From Mobula birostris (Eukaryota): a stretch of 64,000 nucleotides of DNA. The notes beneath the pieces are model-generated. The model saw only the letters and a program-made list of their open reading frames with translations. It had not been told where the DNA came from and did no database searches. The translations under genes were made by a program, and so were the position numbers. Below, in pieces: positions 11,780 to 23,454 of the stretch (the first letter of the stretch is position 1; each line of letters starts with the position of its first letter). The DNA is taken from assembly GCF_030028105.1 (NCBI RefSeq), contig NC_092379.1, positions 45,680,150 to 45,744,149 on the forward strand. The letters are read 5' to 3'.

Positions 11780-12400
11780 CAGAAGTAAGCTAGGCATCAT
11801 CTATGGAAAAAAGTACCGTGGACGTTTCGGGCCAAGACCCTTCGGAGGACTGTAGAAAAAAAAGGAGTAGATTTAAAAGGGTTGGGGGGAGAGGGGAGGG
11901 AAGAAGACAAGGTGACGGGTGAAACTGGGAGGTGAAGAGCTGGGAAGTTGATTGGTGAAAGGTCTGGAAAAGAACATCGAGCAGGAATATCGATTTCTCG
12001 AAATCTTGGTAATGCAAACCTCCTTCCCCACTCCCCATCCCTTTCCCCCTCTCTCACCTTATCTCCTCGCCTGCCCACGGCCTCCTTCTGATGCTCCTCC
12101 CCGTCTTCTTTCTTCCATGGCCTTCTGTCCTCTCCTATTAGACTCCGCACTTCCCCAACTCTGTATATTTTTCTCCAGTGAACTTCCCAGCTCTTTATCT
12201 TGTCTCTCCCTCCCGGTTTCACTTATCACCTTGTGCTTCTCCCTCCCCTCCCCCACCTTTTAAATCTACTCTTCATCTCTTTTCTCCAGATCTGATGAAG
12301 GGACTTGGCCCGAAACGTCGACCGTGCTTTTTTCCCCCTATAGATGCCGCCTGGGCTGCTGTGTTGCTTTGATTTCCAGCAGCTGCAGATTCTCTCTTGT
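11780..12400. mobile_element. Penelope-like pLTR pair in inverted arrangement
   Basis: A minus-strand pLTR (about 11800-11960) is joined to a plus-strand pLTR (about 11990-12400). Both carry the GGGTCT(C/T)GGCCCGAAACGTC-type motif or a close variant. Confidence 0.75.
12288..12324 (+). ncRNA. Minimal type I hammerhead ribozyme motif (core intact, helix I degenerate)
   Basis: CTGATGA at 12292-12298, GGG/CCC helix II, GAAAC at 12312-12316 and GTC cleavage triplet at 12317-12319. Helix I pairs poorly (AGAT vs GACC). Confidence 0.55.
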
Positions 12401-13769
12401 TTCAGATTGGAGAATGTCAGACCAAGGAGTGGTCAGTCTGTGCAACGCGCTGCCATAGTGTGGTGGTAGATGCAAGTACATCCGGGATATTTAAGAGACT
12501 TTAAGATAGACAGATGTAAGAAAAGTGCAGCGCTATGCTGGAGGGCATCGTTATATTGATTTTAGAGTAGATTTAAAAGTCGATAGAGCAATGTGAGTCA
12601 AAGGACCTGCATTGTGCAGTACTTTTCTATGCTCTGTTCTCTATATTCAGAAGAAGGGCGGCGAACCTATACTCAAGGTACACACACATATTAATCCTCG
12701 CAGTATATTGCTACAAGTCATCCAAAGTTGTGCGTAGGTTACTGCGGCTTTGTCTCACCTTGCAATATTGACACCAGGATAAGCATTGCTGTTTGCATAT
12801 GACGTTCTTTGAAAGGAGAGGAGACTATCAATACCACTACGTTTTAATCTAGCTTACAGCCTGATCATGGCTGTCACTTAGCAAGTAAAGGATGTTCTTG
12901 ATCCACTTTGGGAAAGTCGGAAACTATGGGCAGCTCTTTGAACGGGAGTTTCTAATACACTCATTTACCTGGCGGATGAAACCATCATCACATTGAACAA
13001 TATATCCTTCAACATCTCATAGTTTATCCTGATGAAAGGTATTACCATGACAACTCAGATGAAACTTTAGGAGCGTCTTTTCGAGGAACAGATGGCACAG
13101 CCTTTGTTTCAGTTTGCTCGCCACCTCCATCAACGGGCTTTCCTGTGCTACGAACTACATTATTGCTGCTTCTTGCCTTCACATAGAACTACATTATTGC
13201 TGCTTCTTGCGTTCGCATCATTTTGCTCTGGTCTTCACGTGGGTCTAATTATGACCTTTGCTTTTTGAACCTATTCGTCTCTATTTCAATAGATAAGTAA
13301 ACCGGATCTTTAGCTTCAATTTTACAACCGCCCCTGTCAATGATTCATGCCTCACTATTTCTATTGAAGCCAAAAAAATTCCAGACCAATACATATTCTT
13401 CCTTTGCATCATGTCTTCTGCGCCCCTATACACCGCAATTGCTTCTCCGAAACCACTATAACATTTCCTCATGCTACTAGAGAACGCAAGTCCTTTCATC
13501 CCGATATCAACGGACCCACACAATTCAGATACAGTAGAGTTTCAGTCTAATTCAGACTTCTAATCTAGTGCAATATATTTGACGTTCACGATATGGCCTC
13601 CTCTACAATGGAGACACCACCTGAAATTGGATGATTACTTTGCAAAAATCTGCTTTTCATCCTCATAAGTGATGTGGGACGTCCATTTATCTCTCTATTT
13701 AATGCTACATCCAGGTCTCACTATTGGAAAATCTCTGCATGGACCTTAGTGAAACCTTTGAAAACGATC

Positions 13770-14760
13770 TCCAAAGTAAACTGGAAAACTAGATCTATCA
13801 TTGGCTTGGAGATAGGAGTCAAAACCTAATGAATTTCTGATTGGAAAGCTCTGGAGTGGTGCATCGCAGTGGTCACCTCTGGAACTACTGCTGACTGTAA
13901 CATTTATTAATGACCTGAATTTGACGTAGAATATGTTATTTGTAAGTTTGCCCAAAATGTTTATCAACGGATACAGTAGGATATCCGTAGGCGAGCTGAC
14001 CAGAACGTTGGTCATCTGTCAAGTTAGTCCAGTGACAGATGAAGGGAAGTATTTTGGAAAGTGAAATACTCTAAGATTAGAGCATATGAGGGTCAGATTA
14101 GGGCACTACGAAATTTTGATGAACAGAGACACACTGGAGTATAAATCAATTGTTCTCTGTAGGCGGAATCACAAGAGGATGTGGCAGTAACGAAAGGATG
14201 TGGCAGTTTTCTTCAATGGACTAGTAATAGATTAAAGAAGTTCGAGCTACATGTTTCCAATTTTTAAAAAAAGACTCACCGGACCGGGATTGGATTATTC
14301 TACGCAGTACTGGTCACCATACTATGATAATCACTCGATCGCGCTGGACAGAATGTAAAAGACATTTTTCGATTTGTCCATTCCTTGACCGGAGTTTATT
14401 AGAAGAAATTTGGTAGGCTTGGTTTATTCTTCCTGGAGCGAAGGAGACCAAGGGCTGGCTTCAAAGATATATAATCAGATGAAATATAATAAGTATGGTT
14501 GGGGTAGTTAGTTAGAATGTTTGTCATGTTCTGCTGTATGGAAGAAGAGGATGGACATTAAACGTGGAAACGAAGACAATTCCAGAGGAAGTGGTAGAGG
14601 CACATTAAACAACAACTTTCAGTAAACATCTGGCCAATCACTTGAATAGACAAGATGTCGCATGCCGTGAAACTAATGCGATTAATGTTGGATACGTATA
14701 GGTGGGTCTTTTAGGACAAAGTGGACGGTACAGCCTGTTTCTGTGCATTAGAACTCGACC
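13770..14760 (+). mobile_element. Old decayed CR1 RT/3' fragment
   Basis: Remnants of SGVPQ.S.LGP and FINDLD, and downstream LEYCVQFWSPHY-like DNA, with many stops. Confidence 0.6.
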
Positions 14761-15939
14761 TTTAATTTCATAACTTTCCTTCCTTCATTTTCTGTTCGTG
14801 TTGTCTGGATGTAAACACGATATTATTCCACACTGTCAGAGAAAGTACACTTATTCCACCTTTTCCACTCTATCATCTTCTCTCGTGCCTGGACTGTCAA
14901 ATTATCCAGCTTTATGTGACTCGCACGTTATTTCTTTTTGCATCAGAACTGATCATTTCTATCAGTAATCCATCTGTGATTTCGTTCAAATTTTCTCTCT
15001 CCATTAGTACAGCCTAGCCTGCTGGGGACGTTCCACGGCCCTGCTATTTGCAACACTCATGGCAAGTTGGCACAATCGGTTGCTGGCTGTCAGGTTAACC
15101 AATTCGTCACCATCTACAGAAATGGCTTTGGAGTCAAAACGTTAGCTTTTTCGCGGTATGCGTCGCTAGATGTACCCTGCTCAGTGCGCCCTACATTTCG
15201 TCATTTTTAATCTAATAATTTTAATTTTACATGAAAGATTCTATAACATTCAATTATTTCATTTTCCATAGTGATATAGGTGGTATTAGGTTTCATTATT
15301 GTCATTATTTATGTTTTCCAATTTGTACTGCAATATAGATTCCCATCATTGTAGTAGCCAGTCATGTTGATACTGTGAGTCTTAACATAGACCCCACAGT
15401 TCATCCAATTGTACGCAAGGTAGCTGGAGCATACTTCATGTTCACTGTGATGTTGGTATTCAGTTCCATTATTTCTAAAGGGAAGTTATTATCTAAACCC
15501 CGGAACCTGGTTCATGAAATTTAACTCAGCCTTCGAGCTGCACCGCCCTGTAACACGTGGGCAAATCACACGATAATTTACAATGACCAATTAATCTACG
15601 AAATGAATTGCGGATGGAATTGACCAATCTGCCAACCGAACTGCAGGTGGAAACCTGAGCACGCGGAGAAAACCCATGCAGTCACTGAGGAGAATGTAAA
15701 AAAATCTTTACAGGACGGCCCCAGAAATTAAATCTGTGCGCTAGTACTCCAAACCATTTTTCTAACCACTACGCCTTTGTAAATTACATTTTGAAACATT
15801 CACCAGAAGGCTCAGAAACGGAAACAGCCAAATACTTCAGGAGGGAAAAAAAGCAGGAGCAGACAAGATAGAAAAAGGGGTAGACTAATCAGACCCCCGA
15901 AATGTCATTCATTGATATCACAGGTGACCTCATTATCAG

Positions 15940-18900
15940 TTAGAAACATCGATATTTTGAAAACATACAGCACAATACAGGCCCTCCGACCCACAAAGCT
16001 GCGCCAAACATGTTATTACCTTAGAAGTTACCTAGGGTTACCCATAGCCCTCTATTCTTCCTGAGCTCCATGTACCTGTCCAGGAGACTCTTAAAAGACC
16101 CTATCGTATCCACCTCCACCGTCGTCGCCGGCAGCCCATTCCACGCACACACTACTCACTGCATAAAAAAAAACTTATCCCTGACATCTCCTCTGTACCT
16201 ACTTCCAAGCACCTTAAAACTGTGCCCTCTCGTTCTTGCCACTTCAGCCCTGGGAAAAAGTCTATGACTATCCACACGGTCAATGCTTCTCATCATCTTA
16301 TACGCCCCTATCAGGTCACTTCTCAGCCTCCATCGCTCCAAGGAAAATAGACCGAGTTCGCTCAACCTATTCTCATAAGGCATGCTCCCCAATCCAGGCA
16401 ACATCCTTGTAAATCTCCTCTGCACCCTTTATATGGTGTCCACGTCCTTCCTGTAGTGAGGCGACCAGAACTGAGCACAATACTCCAAGTGTTGTGTCCT
16501 ATATAACTGCAACATTACCTCTCGGCTCCTAATGTCAATCCCACGATTGACGAAGGCCAATGCACCGTATGCTTTCTTAACCACGGAATCAACCTGCGTA
16601 GTAGATTTGAGTGTTCTATGGACTAGAACCCCAAGATCCCTCAGATCCTCCACACTGCCAAGAGTCTTGCCATTAATGCTATATTCTGCCATCATATTTG
16701 ATCTACCAAAATGAACCACTTCACACTTACCTGGTTGAACTACATCTGCCACGTCTCAGCCTAGTTTTGCAACATATCAATGTCTCACTGTAACCTCTGA
16801 CAGCCCTCCACACTATCGACAACACCCCCAACCTTTCTATCATCACCCAATTCACTAACGACTTCCTCACCGAGGTCTTTTATAAAAATCACGAAGAGGA
16901 GGAGTCCCAGAAGAAATCCCTGAGACACACCACTGGTCACCGACCTCCATGCAGAATATGACCCGACTACAACCACTCTTTGCCCTCTGTGGGCGAGCCA
17001 GTTCTGGATCCGCAAAGCAATGCCTCATTGGACACCATGCCCCCTTACTTTCTCAATAAGCCTTGCGTGGCGTACCTTATCAAATGCCTTGCTGAAATCC
17101 ATATACACTACATCTACTGCTCTACCTTCATCAACGTGTTTAATCACATCCTCAAAAAATTCAATCAGGCTGGTAAGGCACGACCTGCCTTTTACAAAGC
17201 CATGCTGACTATTTGGAATCATATCATACCTCTGCAAATGTTCATGAATCCTGCCTCTCAGGATCTTCTCCATCTACTTACCAAACACTGAAGTAAGACT
17301 CACTGTTGTATAACTTCCTGGGCTATCTCCACTCCCTTTCTTGAATAATGGAACAACATCCGCAACGCTCCAATCCTCCAGAGCCTCTCCCGCCCCAATT
17401 GATGATGCAATGATCATCGTCAGAGTCTCTGCAATCTCCTCCCTAGCCTCCCACAGTAGCCCGGGGTACATATCGTCTGGTCCCACTGACTTATCCAACT
17501 TGATGCTTTCCAAAAGCTCCAGCACATCCTCTTTCTTAATATCTACATGATCAAGCTTTTCAGTCCGCTGTAAGTCATCCTGACAATTTCCAAGACCCTT
17601 TTCCGCAGTGAACTCTGAAACAATGTACTGATTAAGTAGCTCTGCCATCTCCTCCGGTTCCATACACATTTTTGCACTGTCACACTTGATTGGTCCTATT
17701 CTCTCAAGTCTTATCGTCTTGCTCTTCACATACTTGTAGCATGCTTTTGGGTTTTCCTTAATCCTGTCCGCCAAGGCCTTCTGAAGGCCGCTTCTGGCTC
17801 TCCTAATTTCTTTCTTAAGCTCCTTCCTGCCAGCCTTATAACCTGCTAGATCTCTATCGTTACTTAGTTTTCCGAACCTTTTGTAAACTCCACTTTTCTT
17901 CTTGAATATATATACAACAGCCTTTGCACACCACGGTTTCTGTACCCTATCATCCTTTCTCTGTCTCATTGGAACGCACTAACGTAGAACTCAACGCAAA
18001 TATCCCCTGAACATTTGCCACATTCCTTCCGTACATTTCTCTGAGAACATCTGTTCCCAATTTATCCTTCCAAGTTCCTGCCTCATATTTCCCCATACTC
18101 CAATTAAACGCTTTCCTAACTTGTCTGTTCTTATCGCTCTCCAATGCTATGGTAAAGGAGATAAAATTGTGATCACCATCTCCGAAATGCTCTCCCACTG
18201 AGAGATGTGACACCTGACCAGGTTCATTTCCCGATACCAGATCAAGTACATTCTCTCCTCTTGTAGACTTATCTACATATTGTGTCAAGAAACCTTCCTG
18301 AACACGCTTAACAAGCTCAACCCCATCTAAACCCCTCGCTCTAGGGACATGTCAATCGATGCTTGGAAAATTAGAATCTCCCACAACGATAACCCTCTTA
18401 TTATTATCCTTTCCAGAATCTGTCTCACTATCTGCTCCTCGATGACCCTGTTACTATTGGGTGGTCTATAAGAAGCACCCAGCACAGATATTGACACCTT
18501 CCTGTTCCTAATTTCATCCCACAGAGACTCCATAGACAATTGGCCCATGTCTTCCTCCTTTTCTGCAGAAGTGAGACTATCTCTGATCAACAGTGTCACA
18601 CCCCCACCTGTTTTGCCTCCCTCCCTGTCCTTTCAGAAACATCTAAAGCCTGACACTCGAAATAACTATTCCTGCCCCTGAGCCATCCAAGTTTCTGTAA
18701 TGGCCACAACATCATAGCTCCAAGTACCGATCCACGCTCTAAGCTCATCCGCTTTGTCCATAATACTCCTTGCATTAAAATAAACACATCTCAAATCATC
18801 GGACCGAGCGTGTCCCTTCTCTATCACCTGTCTATACTCCCTATCGCACTGCCTCCAAACTCTCTCTATTTCTGAGCCAACCGCCTCTCCCTCCATCCCA

Positions 18901-19215
18901 CACCCCAGCAATCCTCTCCGCAATAGCTTTAGCAAACCTCCCCACCAGAATATTGATCCCCGGGGATTCAAGTGCAACCCATCCTTCTTGTACAGGTCAA
19001 AAGAGGCACCAGTGATCCAGAAATCTGAATCCCTGCCCCTACTCCAATCCCTCAGCCATGCATTTGTTTTCCACCTCACCCGATTCTTATACTCACTGTC
19101 CTGTGCCACAGGCAGTATTCTCGAGATTCCTACTTTTGTTGTCATACTTCTCAACTTCCTGCCTATTCTTCCTGTCTGTATTCTACACAGGCAACCTACC
19201 TCACCTCGACCCGGC
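15940..19215 (-). mobile_element. CR1 LINE, 5'-truncated within ORF1, frameshifted ORF2
   Basis: Broken ORFs cover the esterase end (DLYKKDGLHLNPRG), APE endonuclease (CVYFNARSIMDKADELRAWIGTWSYDVVAITETW), RT (QHGFVKGRSCLTSLIEFFE, VYMDFSKAFDKV) and C-terminus (RTRGHSFKV). Confidence 0.9.
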
Positions 19216-20464
19216 CTTCCTAATCACTCGGCGCAACTATATTGATAACGATGCAATATTTTATGTTCTGTAAGACGACCTTAAAAGTTTGTATGGGTTC
19301 ACGATTTAAAGGTTTTATTACACTTTGAGAGACGAAATTCGTCCTCATCACGGTCTTTACTTCATTGCTGTTTCTTCTGAAACTATATTTCTTCGCTGCA
19401 GATCATTCTGCACATGTTGGAAATCCAGTGCAACGCACAATAAATCCTCAACGAACTCAGCACGTCAGGTAGAATTTATGGAGAGGAATGAAGAGTCGCC
19501 GTTTAGGCCGGCAACTACTTATTCCTCTCCACAGATACTACCTAATCTGCTGAGTTCCACCATCATATTCTTTCTATTTCTCTTAGTTCTACGTCACTCA
19601 TACGCGGAAACTTTCACAATATTGATCATTACCATTCACAATGCGATATTTTTTTGTTTCAAAGCATCAGCATATATGATTCTATTATGTGTAATTGCAA
19701 TTTTTTCAATTCTCACTCCTGAGGCAAGCTATTCATATTAACGAATAAACTACTGAACCTTTACCATAGTGCCCTCAATGCAAATGTCTGATATTAAACA
19801 GACTAAAAATATCGGTATAATTCCAAGAATGCCCTTAGCCGCACGTTGTACTTTTCGACTTCCACTTATTGTGCAATAAAGGTGGACGAGCCAAAATACA
19901 CCCTGATTATTTGCAACCGTGCTCGGCAACATTTTCACTTTTACGTCCAGAGACTATGACCAACAACACAACAGTTCAGACCAGGGCAAAGAAGAATTTA
20001 TTCTTTGTGCTTAACGTGGATGGTGCTTCCTGTTCGCCAAAATAATATGTAAAACTACGCACAGTGTATTTTAGAATATCCGCTCACTGTAACGGGTTAA
20101 GAAAATACGTCAGGTCAGACTTAGTCCGAAATTACACCACGCATGAGGTATCAGATCAAGTAGAAAGCTGCAAAATACATCAACTCCTTCATATTTGACA
20201 TATGAGGGATCAGATGTGGGTTGAAAATAAACCAGTCGACCAATCATTTCCCTGTATAATTCCGACTTATAAGTACCCTTAATGGAGGGTACAGAAATAT
20301 AACATGGGGATGCAGCCTGGAGCTGATAATGAATCTAACAATTTACAAGGAAAATATTAGAACATTTTATTCTGTTACTGTACTGTTTCGACCATTCGGT
20401 CGCTTTGAATGTTTGCCTCTCTCAGCTGCTCACTGGATTCTCTGTTCGTGTTCTATCGTTACAG

Positions 20465-20473
20465 GTGAATTAG
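20465..20473 (+). CDS. IgW: Ig heavy-chain TM2 exon coding part (VN*), cytoplasmic tail KVN
   Basis: Pyrimidine-rich acceptor ttctatcgttacag then GTG AAT TAG, in phase 0 matching the TM1 donor. This mirrors the V-K-stop TM2 exon of other IgH genes. It is the first such match I found downstream of TM1 (intron 7719-20464, 12.7 kb). Confidence 0.72.
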   Translation: MN

Positions 20474-20544
20474 AGAATGCTAAAACAGACGCAGCTCCAG
20501 CTTTTGTTTTAATGGACCCGAAGTTAAGTGATGACGTATGGTGA

Positions 20545-20680
20545 CCATCCTGATGAAGCTTCTCAGCCTGGAGCGTCGATTGTTAGTCTGCTCCATAGAT
20601 ACTGCCTGACCTGCTGAGTTCCTCCAACTTTTAGTGCGTTGTTCTGGATTTCCACTATTTGCAGAATCTCTAGTGTACAG
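20545..20680 (+). mobile_element. Penelope-like pLTR 3' fragment inside the predicted TM 3' UTR
   Basis: CCTGATGAAGCTTCTCAGCCTGGAGCGTCGA (dead hammerhead, GAAA changed to GGAG) followed by the family tail GCCTGACCTGCTGAGTTCCTCC...TTTCCA...TGCAGAATCTC. Confidence 0.7.
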
Positions 20681-20691
20681 TACATGATATC

Positions 20692-20697
20692 AATAAA
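20692..20697 (+). promoter_or_regulatory. Candidate poly(A) signal for the membrane transcript
   Basis: AATAAA about 220 nt after the TM2 stop, with T/G-rich sequence downstream. Confidence 0.45.
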
Positions 20698-23454
20698 CCA
20701 CTATTCTCTGCGTCAATTGCGATGTTGTGCTTGTGAAATTGCAGTTTTGTTTCCCTTTCTTCCATCGGTTTGATTCTGATTTTTTCTTGTGAAACACTTG
20801 TTTTGCTTAGAATTTCACAGAAATGTTGCAAAGCGTATTCCTCTGAATAATGTAACATAAACTGGGATTAAAACATTGTCGAATAGTGAGAGATTTGAAG
20901 TCTACCACAAATGTGAAAAAAAAATTCAATACGCCTTGCAATCTGCCATTCTAATTTTGTACTTGAACGAAACAGTTAATTTAATTTGACTTCATGAGCG
21001 TCGCCCTCTCCTACTACCCATACTCACTGACAAAGCAATAAGTTGTTTAGGAATGAGTCTTCGTATTTCACTCCGTTGACTGAGTTCCAAAAGAAGGTTT
21101 GATACTCAAGGCTGCGCACGAAGAAAGTGTAGCTGAATTAAACAAACTATATGTCTCTGTGTCCGGCAGCTTAACCAGTTGCCTTGCTTTAAAAAGTCGG
21201 GGTGGGGGACCATGATCATTATTAGCAAACTACGTGGAACTATTATAAAGAAATTGCGCGAATACACAATCTTAACTATTTGCATTTGAAAAAAAACATT
21301 ATCCCATTTAAGAGTTTCTTTCAGGTAGAATTTTACAACTGAAATATATTGATTACCATTATGTTTATGCTGAGTGATACTCTGCCACGACAGTAGGTAT
21401 TCTAGGAGATTGTGCCTCTGCAGTTCCTATCAGTGAGCATGGAAAATGGGAGAATCATGTCATGCTGCTCGGCTGAAAACAAAGGCTACAATCCTCCTTG
21501 TTGACCTTCCACTATAGTTGGGAATCACCGAGTCCTGCTGTTCACTGAGGGCAGAAAGTTGCTTTACCGGAACTCGGAAGCTGCATGACTGCTCACATTC
21601 GAAGAACAACGGAGCTCTAAATGTATGCATTACTCGGTTCTTGACATACATTGGTAGCCAACGCTGATTTGCAAATTTCCTGCATTTATTTTTGCAAATT
21701 TAACGGAAGTGTGACAGCCTGCAGATTGTTCAATTGCCCGTGAAAGGAGACACTGCGCGGGCCCTTGCAGTGTAGCAATAAGATCACTTGATGGAGAACG
21801 CATACTCTCGCCAGAGTAACCGGAGAAAATCCAATTCCTTTACGTCAGGATCTAAACCTTTCATGCTTGCAGAAAGCCGGAAAAAGCCAAAATCTGATTT
21901 TTCTGGCATGAAGTCAGAATGGGTTGGATCACTCAAATTCCTAACATCACGGGGAAATTACATAACCTCCTCAGAAGATTTTATGCTTATCGCCGTGTTG
22001 CCCGATACTGTTTGTTTACTTATTTGTGAGACACTACTGTTAGAACAAAGAGAATGCAATATAATGCTCATTGACTTCTTTATTACTGCTGGGAATTCTG
22101 GTCTAAATTGCACATGCTTACGCGTTCTGTTAAATATTGTATTTTTTTTTTACCATGTTCTATTGACTATTGATAAAACTGAACCACATTGCCAATTAAA
22201 CCTACATGTTGAGTAACGAAAATAAGGAAGATTTAACTCAGACAAGCAACGTAATTTGAGGCTAAAGATAAATCAGATAATCTTTTGGAAAATTTGCCGT
22301 GTTGCAAATCAAAATGGAAATTATTAAAATGTGTAATTAATTTAAAATATAACCAATACAAAATTATTTAAATTATTCTACGTTAGTGGTGTAACGTTAA
22401 TAATTTTAATTAATTTGTTCACTTAACTTTCCAAACAAATGTTTTAAATTATTTCAAGAACAACTAAGTCAAATTTAAGCATACTTAAATTAAAGTGTAC
22501 GAGTAGCAGCTGGGAAATGAATAATGTAGATATATATTGCTGAAGGCGACGCGCTTCGTAATACTGTATACTACTTGATATGTGAAGACTTTCGTCAAAA
22601 TGGTTGTTCTTTCATTGAAACGATTATCAAATAGTGTCGTATAATTGCTGTTAAAACTTTTTAACATGTGCGAATGAACTGACGTTTAAAAAGTTCGTGT
22701 TGTGGTCCATAGGTTTGCTCACAACAAGAAACATTGGAACTTAGATCACAAAGCCTTGCTGGTTTTCTGCGGGGCAGATCCCACCTCTTGAGCATGACTC
22801 AGTGTTTAGAGAATGTGACTAAACAAATTAATGAAGATAGGTAGAGTGGTGTACGTGTTTTTAGTTAGCTGTTCGGCAAGGTTACCCATGGCAGGCTTTT
22901 CCACGCAGACGTGAGGGGTGAGATCCATGGAAACTTGGCTGCGTTGACTCGAATTGGCTTTCCGACAGAAGACAGTGCATGGTAAAACATGAAATGTGTT
23001 CTGCCTGAAGATTGGTGACGAGTGGTGTTCTGCAAGGATTGTTCTGTGACCCCACTCCTCCTATTTTTTTTTCTGATTTTTATCATTGACATAGAGGAGG
23101 AAGAGGAAGGGTGAGTTAGTAAGTTAGCAGATGATTCTGACAAGGAAATGGAAGGCTTGGACAGTAAGTTTGCAGATGGCACGAACACTGGTGGTTTGTA
23201 TGCTGTAAAACGTTGTTGTAGCTTACAAAGAGCTGGATGGGAAAATGGCCGCTTAACACTGCGCCGTACTTAAAGCGAATAGGTTTTAATAACGTCTGTT
23301 GTGTGTGTTTGTGTCCATAAAAATCAGTGATATTTGGCGAGAAATAAGCAGAAAAACAATTCTGAACTCTGTTGCTCACTAAGGTTTCAAGCATTCATGC
23401 CTGGAGATGCCAATAAACGACCAGGAGCGAAAAGAAAACCACTTGACATCTTCA

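Noticed and set aside
13152-13218. 34-bp tandem duplication (also a 17-bp duplication at about 23765-23798 and poly-G at about 49853-49871)
   Set aside because: Real but ordinary slippage products with no sign of function.
20464-20544. Phase-1 reading of the TM2 acceptors (GELENAKTDAAP...DDVW*, and GELVDAEPEEM... at 53143) as spacer-type exons
   Set aside because: The two paralogs diverge in protein sequence and stop position after a few codons and have no TM helix, whereas the phase-0 VN* reading fits the TM1 donor.
21788-22216. 142-aa ORF sharing LLE..QRECN with ORF 55112-55306
   Set aside because: The shared peptide comes from one conserved nucleotide block. The frames are not maintained elsewhere, and there are no recognisable domains or splice signals.
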